Origin: Alkanindiges illinoisensis DSM 15370
Lineage (GTDB): Bacteria > Pseudomonadota > Gammaproteobacteria > Pseudomonadales > Moraxellaceae
NCBI RefSeq assembly: GCF_000619845.1
Contig: NZ_JHUX01000003.1
Coordinates: 60,001 to 92,000, forward strand
Length of the DNA stretch: 32,000 nt
Direction: 5' to 3'
In this document: positions 29,701 through 32,000 of the stretch, piece by piece
Layout of the letters: each line of letters starts with the position of its first letter
Position numbering within the stretch: the first letter of the stretch is position 1
The notes under the pieces: model-generated
Seen by the model: only the letters and a program-made list of their open reading frames with translations
What the model was told of the DNA's origin: nothing
Database searches by the model: none
Program-made: the position numbers and the translations under genes

Positions 29701-32000
29701 AATTTTTGATGCACTGGCTGCCACTCAAAAACCAACACTGGACATGCAGCTTATTGATGAACTCAGCGATATTCTGGCGCATGATTTCAATCCAGCATGC
29801 CTAGCTGTGGTGGAAGAAGAAGTAACCGAAATTGCAGAAGAAACAGAACAGGCTGAGTCTACAGAATCTATAGCTGAAAGCATTGTTGCTCAGGAAGCTG
29901 AAACTACAGAAGCTCAACCGTCAGAAATACAGGGTCAGGATATTGAACTGTCTGCATCGCTGGAGCAGTCTTCTGTTGCTGTGCCAAGCCCGGTAGCGTC
30001 GGTGATCGACGATCAGGTTGATGCCGAGTTACTTGAAATCTTCATGGAAGAGGCCGAGGAGCTGGTTAATGAAATTGACCAAAGCTTTGTAGTATGGCAA
30101 CACAATCCTTCTGATATTGAACCGTTGAAAGTCCTGCAACGCCATTTACATACCTTAAAAGGCGGCGCAAGGATGGCACAGGTTAGCAGTCTGGGTGATT
30201 TTGGCCACGAGCTGGAAACGGTATATGAGCGACTGGTCAATGGGACATTACAGTCAACACCGGCATTGATTCAGTTTATGCGTCATGCACAGGATATTGT
30301 GGCCGAGCAGGTTGAACAGCTACAACTGCAGGGTACTTCTTTCTATGCCCAAACCGAGCTGGACTTGCTGCGTACTTACTTGCATACAGGTAACGACAGT
30401 ATTCTGGTTCAGGGAATTAATACTGTATCGGCAACGTCGGCAATTGCCACGCCTGATATCTCTGCAGCAACAACACAAAAACCGGATGCCAGTCAAAGCG
30501 CCAATAATCTGGCACAATTGGCTGATCAGGGTGAAATTACCAAAGCACCTGTTGCCACAGAAACGACGCAGCCTGTGCCAGAGCAAGCCAAGCCAGAACA
30601 GCAGGTATTACCGCAGCAAATTATTACAAGTAGCCCTATAGGCGGGGCACGCGGTTCGTATGCCAGCGCGCAGGAATGGAATGATGAAGACCGTCCTGAT
30701 GCGGACATGTTGAGCCTGTTCCTTGAGGAAGCTCAGGAGCAGGTTGAACACAGTAATCAGTTATTGCAGCAATGGCTCAAAGACAGCAAAGACAAGCGTG
30801 CCTTGCTGGAACTGCAACGGAGCCTGCATACCATGAAAGGTGGTGCCCGCATGGCAGGCATTACCAGCGTGGCCAACTTTGCGCATGAACTTGAATTCGT
30901 GTATGAAGATCTGGCTACTGTGCAAAAAACGGTACCCGCACTGGTTGGTAGTCTGCTGCAACTATGCCATGACTGGCTGAATGATGCGATTACTGTACTG
31001 GAACATAACCAGCAACCACTTGAGCCTGTTGCCCTGATCCAGACCTTACAACTGTTCCGTAAGGATGCTGACAGTCTCACCAGTCTGCCACGCTTTGATG
31101 AGGCAAATCAGCAGTTCCGTCAGGATTATGCAGGACAAACCCTGTTTGAGCAGGAAAGCATTACTGAGGTACATGGCGATGGTACTGAGCCGCCTTCCAT
31201 GTTTGGTTTATTTAATAGCCAGAATACTGAGCAGGCATCCAGCAATGAGATGATTCGTGTTTCCGCCAGTCTGATGGAAAAAATGATTAACCTTGCTGGT
31301 GAAAATGCGATCAATCGTGGCCGCATTGAAATGGGTGTCAATAACATTGGCTTTGTGCTTGATGAGATGGGGCTGACCATTGCCCGTCTGGCTGAACAGC
31401 TGCGCCGCATGGAAGGCGAGCTTGAGTCACAGATTCTGGCCCGTCACGAGCAGGAACGTGGGCAATATACTGACTTTGACCCACTGGAAATGGATCAATA
31501 TTCTTCGCTTAACCAGTTGTCAAAATCGCTGGCAGAATCTGCTTCTGACCTTGTGGATTTTAAAAATACCCTGACAGATAAAATCCGTGATACTGAAAAC
31601 CTTTTACTGCAGCAATCACGTATTCAGTCCGAGTTGCAAGATGGCCTGATGAATTCCCGTCTGGTTCCATTTTCCAGAATGTTACCCCGTCTACAGCGGG
31701 TAGTGCGTCAGACCTCAGGCGAGCTAAACAAGCCTGCTGAACTGATCATTAATAATGCTGAGGGCGAACTGGATCGTACTATTCTGGATCGTATGGTGGC
31801 ACCACTTGAGCATATGTTGCGTAATGCGGTGGATCATGGTCTGGAAACTCCGGAGCAGCGTCAGGAAGCCGGCAAGCTGGCCGTTGGCCAGATTGAATTA
31901 AATATTGAACGGCAGGGTAATGAAATTATCCTGACGCTTGAAGATGATGGCAAAGGCATTAATATTCAGGCAGTGCGTCAAAAAGCAGTTGAGCGTGGCC
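26705..32000 (+). CDS. chpA: ChpA hybrid histidine kinase (CheA-like, multi-Hpt), 3'-truncated by the window edge
   Basis: Hand-translated frame with no stop from 26675 to 32000; absent from the ORF track. Four canonical Hpt motifs have their His codons at 28598 (SFHTLKGSGRM), 29117 (ALHTLRGSAAM), 30149 (HLHTLKGGARM) and 30827 (SLHTMKGGARM). The CheA dimerisation region begins at about 31250. The HATPase N-box HMLRNAVDHGLE is at 31811. The start is ATG 26705 (AGGGA RBS, 20-nt overlap with pilK) or ATG 26735. Confidence 0.92.
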   Translation, partial: MKKFASELDNMSTSHKETTQQSAMALGWVIDSLEETLQNAQDIVQTAKQAVQLTEAAELLHQVSGTLTMTELLDPLILSESLEQLAEAIAANSIDFSQQLVLLGGIQTLSRELKLLHQTKRLQPLNIYRTVKEIRSLLQAQKLSTSTAYPKLDYNLLVEPNQVQSVLDDDTWKKTTLIYRHLLNEFLLNPKQQDNLENLVKVARFFAAGANNLQNAALWQVLTRLHQAMYEGKVDLSSIALKHSLVRLERMLAQEQYDESMLFELLELFEQFNLEHEFALHQQAINAAMDDRSITSPLVLDKILALVQDARAKLSQPAKLDNMQVKRLLSEAVRLLELTGWRDISTGLEQLTQQFNNTGRLQTAELLDHLNDIEQQLNHLVQAFETQSNSATQLNDQKIISDAHNAVVRESRVALESIKNQFFNYSSSKRDAELLKDLPQRFNELKGIFVLLNLNRAASLVNQLVETLNQTLLQNQYTTSRGQIDLIAQVIASLEYYLDQLAAHFHDEKVLDKLEQVLQQVSSSQEDTSVEPVGGEKIFHDQTPLELLSSIEGEAMSKPSQEQSKPVVKPQVPQAYFDITLPEDDFSEDDDIREIFVEEATEVLESLQENFPKWSAQPQDFATLKEVRRSFHTLKGSGRMVGAKASGELAWSIENMLNRVLDNTIEVTPVMIELISTVLSIYPELVENFAAKQEIAIELRAYIAVANLLSKGQSVTADQLPWTQAETALAEAQAETAKDTEIAENQADAIEPTVLASVNEDMMADQEGLNIFVEEAEEHIDALHAFIADEDAHEEVPDHVIRALHTLRGSAAMSHVDSIYRLAGALEEEFKRLIRMHLPVSATHIGFLERFVQCVGSHLEALESGQTLELEAHDLELIEQVNQVTQQAAQEESEAIAGGAPSNAGIVSQLLTLPLNELLDAEYELEEHLGSADIKDYLNTLTEQSQQLHAAALATPITPLQQLTQYLANVYYKLKDVPPKAIEQNHVECLLSAHYALTEIFDALAATQKPTLDMQLIDELSDILAHDFNPACLAVVEEEVTEIAEETEQAESTESIAESIVAQEAETTEAQPSEIQGQDIELSASLEQSSVAVPSPVASVIDDQVDAELLEIFMEEAEELVNEIDQSFVVWQHNPSDIEPLKVLQRHLHTLKGGARMAQVSSLGDFGHELETVYERLVNGTLQSTPALIQFMRHAQDIVAEQVEQLQLQGTSFYAQTELDLLRTYLHTGNDSILVQGINTVSATSAIATPDISAATTQKPDASQSANNLAQLADQGEITKAPVATETTQPVPEQAKPEQQVLPQQIITSSPIGGARGSYASAQEWNDEDRPDADMLSLFLEEAQEQVEHSNQLLQQWLKDSKDKRALLELQRSLHTMKGGARMAGITSVANFAHELEFVYEDLATVQKTVPALVGSLLQLCHDWLNDAITVLEHNQQPLEPVALIQTLQLFRKDADSLTSLPRFDEANQQFRQDYAGQTLFEQESITEVHGDGTEPPSMFGLFNSQNTEQASSNEMIRVSASLMEKMINLAGENAINRGRIEMGVNNIGFVLDEMGLTIARLAEQLRRMEGELESQILARHEQERGQYTDFDPLEMDQYSSLNQLSKSLAESASDLVDFKNTLTDKIRDTENLLLQQSRIQSELQDGLMNSRLVPFSRMLPRLQRVVRQTSGELNKPAELIINNAEGELDRTILDRMVAPLEHMLRNAVDHGLETPEQRQEAGKLAVGQIELNIERQGNEIILTLEDDGKGINIQAVRQKAVERG

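Noticed and set aside
27561-31574. About 14 short ORFs (60-118 aa) on both strands listed in the track in this interval
   Set aside because: All lie within the continuous chpA reading frame, which carries unmistakable Hpt and HATPase motifs.

Overview
This window looks like ordinary core chromosome of an Acinetobacter-like (Moraxellaceae) gammaproteobacterium. That assignment is inferred from gene content and order and was not verified. Left to right: about 800 bp with no long ORF; leuS-lptE-holA (minus strand); two tandem DUF4124-like secreted proteins; ilvI-ilvH-ilvC behind a long structured leader; an AT-rich stretch of four uncharacterised small lipoprotein or membrane ORFs; a CysH-like PAPS reductase; dinB; an HD-family protein; an MBL-fold hydrolase; a two-gene RND efflux operon (adaptor plus permease); a secreted coiled-coil protein; and the twitching-motility chemosensory cluster pilG-pilH-pilI-pilJ-pilK-chpA. 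chpA is missing from the supplied ORF track because it runs off the 3' end of the window; I read it by hand (more than 1,765 codons with no stop). The best non-ORF signal is a likely Csr/Rsm-family CsrA-sponge sRNA on the minus strand at about 15705-15866. It has eight GGA motifs, four of them (C/A)AGGATG, several placed in predicted hairpin loops. It ends in a strong intrinsic terminator and has a near-consensus GacA box upstream. I found no tRNA or rRNA genes, CRISPR arrays, transposases, integrases or recognisable defence genes, and no convincing evidence for a wholly new multi-gene system. The least explained parts are the 10.2-12.7 kb ORFan cluster, the ilvI leader and the first 800 bp. 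All homology calls rest on motif recognition by eye and need database confirmation.
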